Part shown: positions 40,101-48,108 of the stretch, in pieces
How positions within the stretch are numbered: position 1 is the first letter of the stretch
Layout of the letters: the number at the start of each line of letters is the position of its first letter
Assembly (NCBI GenBank): GCA_023265925.1
Contig: JAHFSD010000002.1
Location: forward strand, 2,569-66,568
Direction: 5' to 3'
Source of the DNA: an archaeon
GTDB lineage: Archaea; Nanobdellota; Nanobdellia; Woesearchaeales; GW2011-AR9
DNA length: 64,000 nucleotides
Translations under genes and position numbers: made by a program
Notes under the pieces: generated by a model
What the model saw: only the letters and a program-made list of their open reading frames with translations
Databases searched by the model: none
Told to the model about the DNA's origin: nothing

Positions 40101-40294
40101 GATTGCTTCGCGTGCTTCTTTTCTTCATGGTGATGATGTATTTCCGGCTGATGCTGGGTATGCTGGGCCTTTGCCGGCTCTCCAGTTGATTCTTTCTTCC
40201 ACCATCCTTTCAGTTTTGCTCCTAGTTTGGAGAAATCAATTACAACGTCATCATCCTTTTTGGGTTCTTTTTTAGTTTCTTCTGTCACCCGCAA
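37160..40294 (-). CDS. aglB: Oligosaccharyltransferase AglB (STT3) with C-terminal parvulin/PpiC PPIase domain
   Basis: GIDPYYYFR, DTD, TVAEL, SWWDFGH, multi-TM; tail AAHILI..SQDPGS..GGDLGWF..MVPEFE..KTQFGYHLI; start may be GTG 40288. Confidence 0.93.
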   Translation of the reverse strand: MRVTEETKKEPKKDDDVVIDFSKLGAKLKGWWKKESTGEPAKAQHTQHQPEIHHHHEEKKHAKQSDEEISLDWNKVKQFWNTHSRWIIPLACILLAMSISIYLRTMPLRLPIADSWAERAVFNFYQDQIKQQISQQYPNLPEQNRQVLAATEWEKTRQQNKQQIDAQIKQLSQQYKNQFRDDQGTTYLLGIDPYYYFRQTEYVLKNGYPGSEIRDGKIIDGYRLAPLGDLGEWNFHHWFGAWWHRFLNLFGTFPLMFTFFLVGTVFSALTVIPAFFIGRIITKNNVGGFFTAMLLAVSSFFVARTTGESSDTDVYAVFFPVLITWLFLEALDAGTLKKKIFWMSLAGFATGVFAFAWTGWWYIATFIFITMGVYLLYLLLINLKTIPALIKSSPFTNAVTVIGTYLLTSALFVSVFTSFNQLIRVVFGPLGFLRLKAVAVSSYWPNIRTTVAELNVPAFSNVIEQFDGQLYFALAIAGILLTAFRKDEHGKWDFKIAFFLAMWFAASAFATTKGIRFILQLTPAFAMGLGAFMGISWYYASRWTAKELKLSPVIMKTIFFLALGFLLLSPIKSGYSQAYNSVPSINDAWYNTLIKIKTEAPENSIITSWWDFGHWFKAIADRPVTFDGGNQLGYGAHWVGKSLLTDDEKVTVGLIRMLNCGQNSAFEELDQFGKDPLREIGLLNEIIVQEKSDAIKTLNREGLTSEQIASVIRYTHCAAPTDYFITSEDMVGKAGVWGHFGSWDFRKAVMYQKVKKLNRADAINYLKTTFNTSEPEAETIYAEVQSTEADRWIAPWPGYLSGFQSCERLSDVELRCPGSVQGQNFALHIDTTTWNASFESNPEITPNSLVYATKESVFEKELAGQQKTGFSVVLIPQGEGYVYLLADPLQAAGTFTKLFFFEGHGLKCFQKFYDTQSYGQGRIITWIVDYDCQQENNVFFQSKPEVQAAHILISTENKTEEEALALIEEIRKNVTAANFAEYAQKYSQDPGSKDNGGDLGWFGKGAMVPEFEQTAFALNIGEISEPVKTQFGYHLILVREKRER

Positions 40295-40365
40295 ACACCC
40301 TGCCGCTGCGGGGGTGAGGTTGGTTTATAAGGTTTATTGTCTTCCATTGTGGTGATAGGAAAAGA

Positions 40366-42183
40366 TTAAAGCTGATAGAGAATATCTTCCATCGGCTGCC
40401 GGTACAATGGCTCATTCAGCCGTTTCTGGTCTAAGATATGCCCAATCAGGCCAATGCTTCTGGCCAGGGCAAAGAGGCCGTTCATGTATCCTATTTCCAG
40501 AATCTCCTTGATTTCTTCGTTGGCGAATTTTCCAGAACTGACTAAAGCGTCCACAAACAACACACCAATACACCCATCCACATTAAGGATTAAGTTTTCT
40601 GCCTTCTGCAGTGTGATTTTTTCCACTTCCAACGCGTAGTTGAGATACGTTGTTTTGGGAAAATTCTTTTGGGAAAATTGTTTTAGCAATTCCACCCTCT
40701 TATCCGGATTCCTCTTGGATTTAATCCGATGCCCGATACCAGGGATGAGCAGGCCTTTTTTCTTCATCTCTTCCACAAAATTAGTAGGATCCTGCTTTTT
40801 ATCACCAGCCTCATGGAAGTAACGGGCCGCATCATCAATCGCCCCGCCAAATCGTGGCCCGATCGTCAGCAGGCCGCTGCATAAAGCAGAGATAACATCT
40901 TTTCCTGCTCTCGCGGCAACTATCGCATTATGCGCTCCTGAAACAGCGGGACCATGATCGGCACAGAGGAGAATAGATAGCTCCAGGAATTTGGTGAAGT
41001 AGGTCGGCAGTTTTTTCTTGAACCAGAGCAGGGCAATGACCTCCCCTACCGAATAATTCTGTTCAATGATCTCACTCATCGGAATCGTCCCATACGTGGG
41101 CTCTTCACCAATATCTGAAGAAATGGTAGTGGTAAATTGAGTTTGTTTTCGCACCAGCCCTTGCGCGACCGCCTCGTTATAGTCTAATGGCATTCCCGGA
41201 GGATTGATTTCTTCTTTTGCCGGCAGGTTTAATGATAAAAATGTTTTCTTGATGGTCTTTTCCAACTCTTCAAACGAATCGGGGACAATAATCCCTGCTT
41301 CCCTCAGCGCCTTATTTTTCGCTTCCGCGCTTTCTTCTTCCTTTCCGGCCTTGGCGCCAGCATGGCCAAACTGCACTTCCCAGGGAAAAATCGAGGCAGA
41401 GGTTCCTGAAACCAAGATCACCAACGGCTTGGTTAATTTTCCTTCCCGTTTTGCCTTGATGATCTCATATTCGTCCTTTCCACCCAGTTCGCTCAGGGCA
41501 ACCAGCAGCTTAATATCCGGGTTAGCTTCATAGCGCCGCAGGTGATCTAACAACGTTGAGCCGGGATAGGCATCGCCGCCAATGGCAATTCCTTCATTAA
41601 TGCCATCCGTTGTCCTGGCAATGATATTAAACAGCTCATTCATCATCCCGCCAGACTTGGAGACCAAGCCAACACTGCCCGGGCGGTAGAGTTTTGCCTT
41701 CAGGATATTTTCCATCAAACCGCCGGCATGGCCTATCCGGAATTGGCCGGCGATAATGCCGCCCACGGTAGCGGGGCCAATGATCCATTTATTTTTTTGC
41801 CTGGCGAGGGCAATCAGTTCTTTGGCCTGCCGTTCGGGAAGGCCTTCGGCAACGATGACAACGGTGTTGATAGTTGGCGATTCCAGCGCTTCCTTAGAGG
41901 AAGAATAGGCCGAGCGAAAGGAGGCAAAGTTAATTAACACGTCTGCCACAGGGTGTTTTGTGGTTGCATCCTGTAAAGTTGAGTAAATGGGAAGAATTAT
42001 TTCCTTGCTGCCAAAAAAGGCTTTATGGAATCCTTTCCGTCCGGGATGGATTATTCCGGCCAAGCTGGGCTTTGCCTTCCGGCAGATAAAATCATAATCG
42101 AGCATCTGCTGTAGTGGAAGAGGTTTTAGGTTGTAGAAGAACGCTTCCGTGCTCCGGGTGAAGAGGTGGGGGGGGTTGTTCAT
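40366..42183 (-). CDS. aclA: ATP-citrate lyase alpha subunit
   Basis: IGPATVGG, QFGHAGA (phospho-His), ADHGPAVSGAHN, GIGHRIKS, LILNVDG. Confidence 0.93.
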   Translation of the reverse strand: MNNPPHLFTRSTEAFFYNLKPLPLQQMLDYDFICRKAKPSLAGIIHPGRKGFHKAFFGSKEIILPIYSTLQDATTKHPVADVLINFASFRSAYSSSKEALESPTINTVVIVAEGLPERQAKELIALARQKNKWIIGPATVGGIIAGQFRIGHAGGLMENILKAKLYRPGSVGLVSKSGGMMNELFNIIARTTDGINEGIAIGGDAYPGSTLLDHLRRYEANPDIKLLVALSELGGKDEYEIIKAKREGKLTKPLVILVSGTSASIFPWEVQFGHAGAKAGKEEESAEAKNKALREAGIIVPDSFEELEKTIKKTFLSLNLPAKEEINPPGMPLDYNEAVAQGLVRKQTQFTTTISSDIGEEPTYGTIPMSEIIEQNYSVGEVIALLWFKKKLPTYFTKFLELSILLCADHGPAVSGAHNAIVAARAGKDVISALCSGLLTIGPRFGGAIDDAARYFHEAGDKKQDPTNFVEEMKKKGLLIPGIGHRIKSKRNPDKRVELLKQFSQKNFPKTTYLNYALEVEKITLQKAENLILNVDGCIGVLFVDALVSSGKFANEEIKEILEIGYMNGLFALARSIGLIGHILDQKRLNEPLYRQPMEDILYQL

Positions 42184-42190
42184 GGGTTTT

Positions 42191-42901
42191 TTATTTTGGT
42201 CGTCGTAGTGTGATCAGCCACTCTTCTGAATTGGATTCAAGATGTTCTACTATTTTCTGGGCAACAAACTGCGGATCCATAAATTCCTCCATTTTTCGTC
42301 CCGGTTGTCTTCGGAAGAGTTCTGTCTTCATCCCGCCCGGATTGAAGCAGGTAACGTTGATTCCCGTTCCTTGCAGTTCTGTTCTCAACGAGCCGCTAAA
42401 ACCAACTAGCGCTGATTTGGAAGAGCCATAGGCAATATGACTGGTTTTGTAATCCAATGCAGAGGTGGAACCAATGTTGATAATATGGCCAGAGCCTTGC
42501 TTTTTCATAACTGTTACTGCTGCCTGTGCACAGAAAATGGGGCCAAAGACGTTTGTTCTATAGGTATCCAGAAGCTCTTCTTCGGCAATTCCTTCCAGCG
42601 GAGTAAGTTTGTGCAAAACACCAGCGTTGTTAATCAGCAGATCCAGCCGACCAAAGCGTTTTACTCCCTGTTCTATGAGCCGATAGCAATTTTCTTTCTT
42701 CTGTACATCCATTACTACTGCTTCTACCTCCGTGAAGTTTTTCATTTTTTCTGCAAAGGCATTTAATTTTTCTTTATCCCTTCCTCCCAGAACAAGGGCA
42801 TAGCCTTTCTTTGCCAGTAATTCAGATAGCGCTGCACCTAGCCCACTATACACCCCTGTTATAGCCGCAACTTTCTTATCTTTCATCATGGTCATTTCCA
42901 A
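42191..42901 (-). CDS. Short-chain dehydrogenase/reductase
   Basis: TGVYSGLG, NNAG, YGSSK. Confidence 0.9.
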   Translation of the reverse strand: MEMTMMKDKKVAAITGVYSGLGAALSELLAKKGYALVLGGRDKEKLNAFAEKMKNFTEVEAVVMDVQKKENCYRLIEQGVKRFGRLDLLINNAGVLHKLTPLEGIAEEELLDTYRTNVFGPIFCAQAAVTVMKKQGSGHIINIGSTSALDYKTSHIAYGSSKSALVGFSGSLRTELQGTGINVTCFNPGGMKTELFRRQPGRKMEEFMDPQFVAQKIVEHLESNSEEWLITLRRPK

Positions 42902-44143
42902 TCACCTCACTTTCTCCATCGCCTTCGGCACCATCATTGTCATCGGCATTTCCGGCCCAGAGACTTCCATCGGAATCCTGAGTTCTAAGCCCGTTCTTTT
43001 CATCAATTCCAAACCCTTCTCCCAATTCGGCCCGCCTCTCCGTACAAAGATAGACACTTTTCCTGCTCGCAACTTTTCCTGATATTCCCGCAGGGCCCTG
43101 ACGACGCCCGTAAACGTCTTCTCCACATCGGTAAAATTGGCAATCGCTCCTGCTATGAACAATATCTTCCCACCGGGAATGCTGGGGCTCCGCGTCATGG
43201 CGTCCAGCACCGTCTTCGCATACTGATACGATTCCTCCGTTGTCGGATTGCCGCTGTATTCCCCATAGTTAGCGATGCTTCCGGCCTGGCCATGATTGGC
43301 AATGGCATCTAAATATATAATGCTGGCTCCGCCTCCAGAAAGAATGTTCCAGATTCTTCCCTGCGGATTGAGCACCGTTAATTTGAGGGAAGCACCACTC
43401 TCCTCATCGAGTTTAGCAATATAATCTTCTTCCGGAAAAGATTTCCGGCCGAATGGCGGGGGAAAGGGAAGATCACCCCATCGTTTCCCATTCCTGAATT
43501 GGGCACAATCGTCCACTTCCGCGACGGTGTCAAGAAGGATGACCTGGCCCTGCTGATCCAGGGTGAAAGGATTAAATTCCAGATAGGTAAAATCCAAATC
43601 CCGATAGAGCTGAAAAATCGCTTTTACAAAGGGCTGGAGTTGCTCGGGAATTCTATTATCTAAATCTACCTCCTCTTGGAGCGTGGGGACGGCGATCTTC
43701 TGTACCTTATCCCACTGCTCTTCAATGTCCATCCCCCCCTGCAGGGAAAAGTGGATGATGTCGTGGTCTCGCTCGGAAGTTATCGCCAGATAATACTCTT
43801 CCTGATGGGAAATGTATGGCTCAATCAGGAAATGGGTAAGCCTGTCCGTCACCGTACCGATAGTTACTTCCTTATTGTGGTATTCTTTCAGCCACCGTAC
43901 TGCTTCCTCCCATCCTGCCTCCAGCAGCACCAAGCCCAGCTTTTTCCTCTTCCCGAAAAGCTGATCAGGCTTAACCACCAATTTCGTCCTGGAAAGCCAG
44001 GGATAGTGCTGGGGAAGGTTTTCCAAGCTTGTTTCAGGACCGATTAAAACAGCGTTATTGATAAGATTAACCTTTCCATATTGTAGGATATTATCTGCTA
44101 TGATTCGTTTAGCATCAAATTCACGTATCTTACGGCGTCCCAT
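42902..44143 (-). CDS. aclB: ATP-citrate lyase beta subunit (ATP-grasp + citrate binding)
   Basis: IREFDAK, VVKPDQL, SLKLTVLNPQGRIW, GGGAS, NYGEYSG, IANFT, RRGGPN. Confidence 0.93.
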   Translation of the reverse strand: MGRRKIREFDAKRIIADNILQYGKVNLINNAVLIGPETSLENLPQHYPWLSRTKLVVKPDQLFGKRKKLGLVLLEAGWEEAVRWLKEYHNKEVTIGTVTDRLTHFLIEPYISHQEEYYLAITSERDHDIIHFSLQGGMDIEEQWDKVQKIAVPTLQEEVDLDNRIPEQLQPFVKAIFQLYRDLDFTYLEFNPFTLDQQGQVILLDTVAEVDDCAQFRNGKRWGDLPFPPPFGRKSFPEEDYIAKLDEESGASLKLTVLNPQGRIWNILSGGGASIIYLDAIANHGQAGSIANYGEYSGNPTTEESYQYAKTVLDAMTRSPSIPGGKILFIAGAIANFTDVEKTFTGVVRALREYQEKLRAGKVSIFVRRGGPNWEKGLELMKRTGLELRIPMEVSGPEMPMTMMVPKAMEKVR

Positions 44144-44297
44144 TCAATGCCAATAAGCTCTCCATTTTAAAAAGATTGTGTAATTATACTTGAAAATACA
44201 GTTTATAATATATATTTCCAAGAGGAGTTAGGGGGTGGGAATCTTTAAATAGTAGTACAGTTTACCTTCTGTTATCATCAAAAACGAGGTGTTGACC

Positions 44298-45227
44298 ATG
44301 AAAAAAATAGTTCTCTTACCGTTATTGACATTGCTAGCAGTCGCGGTCTTGTTCATTGCGGCCTGTGCGCCGGGGAAGGCAACAGCGGGGCAGGCTACTG
44401 GTGGACGTGGTGGTGGTTCGGATACTGTAGTACTAGCTGATGTAGGAAGTTGTTCCAGCACTATTACCGGAATAGAGGGAGATAAAAAAAATGGGGATAA
44501 GTTCACCTATACTAATGATTGTAAGAGCAATAGTATGGTAAATAAATATTACTGTACCACAGATAAGGCTACCAAAAGAAATGCTGTAAGAAAAAGTACT
44601 TTTTCCTGTACTAATACTCAAGTATGTCAGAATGGAGCTTGTGTGGCAACAGCACCGCCAGCAGCAGTCTGCGGTAACAAGGTCAGAGAAGGCTCCGAAG
44701 TCTGTGATGGTACTGATTTAGGAGGGTTCACTTGTACCGCCGGACTGAAAGATCCCGGAGCAACGGGGACGCTCGGCTGTAAGTCTGACTGTACAGCGTT
44801 TGATACGAGTGGATGTGTGGCATCGGAAACTCCTCTTGAGGTAACGCCGGTTGTTCAGGCTCAGGAATTTTGTGATGGCGTAGATAATAATAATAATGGA
44901 GTAATTGATGACGGTTGTGATGCTGATAATGATGGGTTTTGTAAGGCTGGTTTACTGAAAAAAGACACTTACTACAATTGCGGTGCTTTGGCGAATGATC
45001 CCAGTATGGATTGGAAGAATGACCCCAATAATGAGTGTTGTCCTTGGGGTGAAGGTCCTCAATCACCTCAAACCCCCCCTGATTGTGACGATACAAATGG
45101 AGCGGTAAGACCAAATGCAGGTGAAGTGTGTGCCAATAGTATCGATGACAATTGTAATGGGCAGATCGATGAGGTTGCTTGTCCAGCAATAGTAGATCAA
45201 ACTGGCAATAAAAGCAACACCACTTAA
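44298..45227 (+). CDS. Cys-rich secreted/lipo surface protein with MopE-like (putative metal-binding) repeats
   Basis: Signal ending IAAC; CGNKVREGSEVCDG, EFCDGVDNNNNGVIDD, DCDDT..EVCANSIDDNCNGQIDE. Confidence 0.8.
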   Translation: MKKIVLLPLLTLLAVAVLFIAACAPGKATAGQATGGRGGGSDTVVLADVGSCSSTITGIEGDKKNGDKFTYTNDCKSNSMVNKYYCTTDKATKRNAVRKSTFSCTNTQVCQNGACVATAPPAAVCGNKVREGSEVCDGTDLGGFTCTAGLKDPGATGTLGCKSDCTAFDTSGCVASETPLEVTPVVQAQEFCDGVDNNNNGVIDDGCDADNDGFCKAGLLKKDTYYNCGALANDPSMDWKNDPNNECCPWGEGPQSPQTPPDCDDTNGAVRPNAGEVCANSIDDNCNGQIDEVACPAIVDQTGNKSNTT

Positions 45228-45270
45228 TTTTTCCTTTTTTTTCCTTTCCCTTTTTCATCTTCTTCATTTT
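45228..45270 (+). terminator. T-rich tract after the stop codon (archaeal-type terminator candidate)
   Basis: tttttcctttttttcctttccctttttc right after TAA. Confidence 0.45.
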
Positions 45271-45326
45271 CTCTCAGAACAGAATGCCCCCTGGCAAACT
45301 CTGTGGAAAGGAAGCGCTTCTGGTGG

Positions 45327-45517
45327 TATAGAGAACTGCGCAATTTAGATCACATTTGTGCGCAGTTCTAATCTGGTAAACTGCGTGTCGAAGTCTACAC
45401 TTTTGCGTTTCTGAGAGAATCAATCGCCGCAAAAGTGTAGATTACGAGGCTTTTGCCTAATCAGATATAAAACGCAAAAGTCGAGGAAGTGTGACATAAG
45501 CTACGCAGTTTACCATA
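45327..45517. mobile_element. MITE-like element, family A, copy 2, interrupted by a family-B element
   Basis: Matches 2842-2936 once the 96-bp insert is removed; TA-flanked. Confidence 0.8.
45395..45485. mobile_element. 91-bp MITE, family B, with 16-bp TIRs and a 5-bp TSD
   Basis: TIRs ctacacttttgcgttt / aaacgcaaaagtcgag (14/16 match); GAAGT duplicated at 45390-45394 and 45486-45490. Confidence 0.85.
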
Positions 45518-45529
45518 GCAGAGATTGAA

Positions 45530-45650
45530 GGGAGTAAGGCTGCCCCCAGGCAGATATTCCTCATTGCTTCCTCTGATCATGTTGTAGTCTAAATGCTTGA
45601 GAATAACGAGAACTTTCTCTTCGACGTGTTCTTCGGTTATGAGGTGTTTC
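45530..45650 (-). pseudogene. Remnant resembling the N-terminus of type I restriction subunit HsdR
   Basis: Hand translation LITEEHVEEKVLVILKHLDYNMIRGSNEEYLPGG; no continuation. Confidence 0.45.
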
Positions 45651-45931
45651 CTGTCCTGATTTTTCCACCCCCTGGCAAACTCTGTGGAAAAGAGCGTTTT
45701 ACTAACCCAAACAGAAACTATTCCAGTGGTGGAGTGCGCCCCTAAAGGTAGACAAATAGTTAAGATTCAACTTTTGCGGTTTTTAGCATAGCCCACCTGG
45801 TTGGTGCTGGGAAGAACAGATGTGCAGCTGACTTTGAAAAGGCAGTTGGATGGGTTTGTTCGGTAAGCCAAGAAAACGTTTCCTTATTTCCGCCAACAAT
45901 CTTTTTATAGTAACCTCGTTTTAAGTTGGTG

Positions 45932-46783
45932 ATGATGAATCCAAAAAATCGCCTTAATGACCTCTCCGCCCAGGACTGGCTGCGCTTTACCAAAACCTGG
46001 TTCATCCATAATCCTCCCCGCCGGAAAAAGAGTGAATTACTGCATCCGGCAAAATATCCGGAAGATCTGATTGCTGAATTCATCCAATTCTTTACCAAGC
46101 CTGGCCAGATTGTGTTTGATCCATTTCTGGGAACGGGAAGTACCCTGGTGGCCTGCCATACGACGGGGAGAAATGGGATTGGCATCGAACTGCAGAAAAA
46201 ATATGCCGACATCGCCCGGCAGCGAATTCAGCAGCTCGAGTCGCAGCAGAAATTGGCACCGGACGGAAGTAAACAAGTATGCCGGCAGTTGGTGCTGCAG
46301 GGAAATAGTGCAGAATTAGAAAAGATGTGGACAAGCCATTCCCTACCGGAAGTGGATTTCGTCATTACCTCTCCTCCCTATGGACCGATGCTGAATAAAA
46401 AAGGATTAGCGACGCAGGAACGGGAGGAAGCAGGTCTCGATGTTAAATACAGTGACGATGCGGAAGATCTCGGGAATGCCGCAAGTTATCAAGAATTTGT
46501 ACAGCGATTGGTTGATATTTTCCGGAAGATCAAGCTGAAATTAAAACCAGAAGGATATCTGGTCGTCATCCTGCAGAATTACATGGATAAAGGAGAATAT
46601 CAGACCTTAGCCTGGGATGTGGGAAAAGAATTGGGAAAACATTTCCAGCTGCGCGGCGAGAGAATCTGGCTACAGGACAATAAGACGCTTTACCCTTACG
46701 GTTATCGCTACAGCTTTGTGCCCAATGTACATCATCATTATTGCTTGATTTTTAAGAAAGTTGGTTTCAAAGAAGTGGATTAA
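45932..46783 (+). CDS. N4-cytosine/N6-adenine DNA methyltransferase (apparently orphan)
   Basis: HPAKYP, FDPFLGTGST (motif I), ITSPPY (motif IV). Confidence 0.9.
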   Translation: MMNPKNRLNDLSAQDWLRFTKTWFIHNPPRRKKSELLHPAKYPEDLIAEFIQFFTKPGQIVFDPFLGTGSTLVACHTTGRNGIGIELQKKYADIARQRIQQLESQQKLAPDGSKQVCRQLVLQGNSAELEKMWTSHSLPEVDFVITSPPYGPMLNKKGLATQEREEAGLDVKYSDDAEDLGNAASYQEFVQRLVDIFRKIKLKLKPEGYLVVILQNYMDKGEYQTLAWDVGKELGKHFQLRGERIWLQDNKTLYPYGYRYSFVPNVHHHYCLIFKKVGFKEVD

Positions 46784-46942
46784 GTAATTTTAGGATTTAA
46801 AAGAGGTCTTTCTTTCAGTTTCCGTCCTTTTCCTGCAGTTAGTTCTGGCCGGGATTTTTCTAATCGAAATTTTGATAATCGGGACTGCAGTTCCGTCTCC
46901 AGGATAAAAGAACTTCCAAGAACTTTCTCCCTGAAATAGAAT

Positions 46943-47203
46943 TCACCGAAATGAAATGATCTGTAACCCATACTTTTCCACGTCCTCTTTTGGCCAGAAT
47001 TTCACCTCGCTGGTTTTCAGGACAAAAGTTACTTCCTTTTCCATCATCCTGCCGGTATACTGTTTCATCGTAGGATCCCATTCCTTAAGCACCAGAACGT
47101 CTCCCGATCGGCATTCAAAATCCGCCAGGCGCAGTTCATACTTCTTCTCTCCCCGGAGAATCCGTTCAAAAAATTCCGGCCAGACTTTTTTTTCAATTTT
47201 CAT
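46943..47203 (-). CDS. DUF3850/ASCH-domain protein
   Basis: KKVWPEFFERILRGEKKYELR..GDVLVLKEWD..YTGR. Confidence 0.85.
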   Translation of the reverse strand: MKIEKKVWPEFFERILRGEKKYELRLADFECRSGDVLVLKEWDPTMKQYTGRMMEKEVTFVLKTSEVKFWPKEDVEKYGLQIISFR

Positions 47204-47206
47204 TGT

Positions 47207-47911
47207 TTAGTGCTGCCGATAGATCAACTCCTCTTCCTGAAACCCATGCTTGCCTTTCATCGGCACAAATACAAACGGGCCCAGAAATTCCAGTTCCAGA
47301 CGGCCATTGACTTTGCTGCCCCGTACCATCGTCTGGCTTTGTAAATCACCGATAGGTGCGATCACTATACCGCCTTCTTTCAATTGATCGATCAACGGCT
47401 GCGGGACAGTGGGACAGGCAGCTGTGATGATAATCTTGTCGTAGGGCGCCTCTTCCGGATAGCCTTCCCCACCATCACCTTCAATCACCAGGACATTCTT
47501 CAGGCCCAGTTCTTCCGCATTCCCGCGAGTCATCTGCACCAGTTCCGGAATGACGTCAGACGTAACTACTTTTCCCCGCTTCCCTACCAGCTGGGAAATT
47601 AACGCGGCCTGATAGCCCATTCCTGCGCCCAGTTCAAACACCTTATCGCCTTTCTGCAACTCTAACGCCTGCAGCATGATCATGACCGTCGTCGGCTGGG
47701 AGATCGACTGCTTTCTGATCGTGGGCAGGGGCTGGTCTTCGTACGCATACGCCCGCAAGTGCGGCGGGATAAAGTTCTCCCGCGGAATGGCGGCAAAGGC
47801 TTCCAGCAGGCGGGGATCAAGGTTCTGCTGGTGCCAGAAGTGCAGCAACTGCTGCTTGGAGGTAGGCGGCCTTCTCGGCTGCTCGACACCAAAATAGGCC
47901 TGAAAAGTCAT
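47207..47911 (-). CDS. pcm: Protein-L-isoaspartate O-methyltransferase
   Basis: IPRENF, AYEDQPL, QSISQP, ELGAGMGY, APYDKIIITA, FVPM. Confidence 0.92.
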   Translation of the reverse strand: MTFQAYFGVEQPRRPPTSKQQLLHFWHQQNLDPRLLEAFAAIPRENFIPPHLRAYAYEDQPLPTIRKQSISQPTTVMIMLQALELQKGDKVFELGAGMGYQAALISQLVGKRGKVVTSDVIPELVQMTRGNAEELGLKNVLVIEGDGGEGYPEEAPYDKIIITAACPTVPQPLIDQLKEGGIVIAPIGDLQSQTMVRGSKVNGRLELEFLGPFVFVPMKGKHGFQEEELIYRQH

Positions 47912-47959
47912 TGTTGATACCAGCATAATTTTGGATTTTAAATAGTTTTCTCTGCCAGT

Positions 47960-48076
47960 TACACTAGGCGAGTGCTTTAATTGTTTCCTCTTGGTCCATA
48001 CCCTGCAGCTTGCTGCGACTATCGAAGTCAGAGGAAACACCAAAAACCCCACTGTAGCGGGGTTTTTGATTTGCGT
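47960..48076 (+). ncRNA. Candidate structured element between divergent genes
   Basis: tgtttcctct/agaggaaaca stem enclosing two hairpins, then caaaaacccc/ggggtttttg hairpin. Confidence 0.4.
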
Positions 48077-48108
48077 TGATAACCTTTATATAAAACTCCT
48101 GCCAGGAA

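Larger units (their letters stand above)
45287..45690. repeat. 23-bp perfect direct repeat pair
   Basis: ccccctggcaaactctgtggaaa at 45287-45309 and 45668-45690. Confidence 0.85.

Noticed and set aside
40366..44143. Succinyl-CoA synthetase, or proof of autotrophy
   Set aside because: The citryl-CoA lyase domain and citrate-binding motifs identify ACL; no other rTCA genes are in the window.
45287..45690. Direct repeats as CRISPR or prophage att sites
   Set aside because: Only two perfect copies 381 bp apart; no integrase, tRNA or regular spacers.
44728..46212. Minus-strand ORFs 44728-45267 and 45760-46212, and other antisense ORFs in the track
   Set aside because: They are shadows of well-supported opposite-strand genes and lack recognisable motifs.
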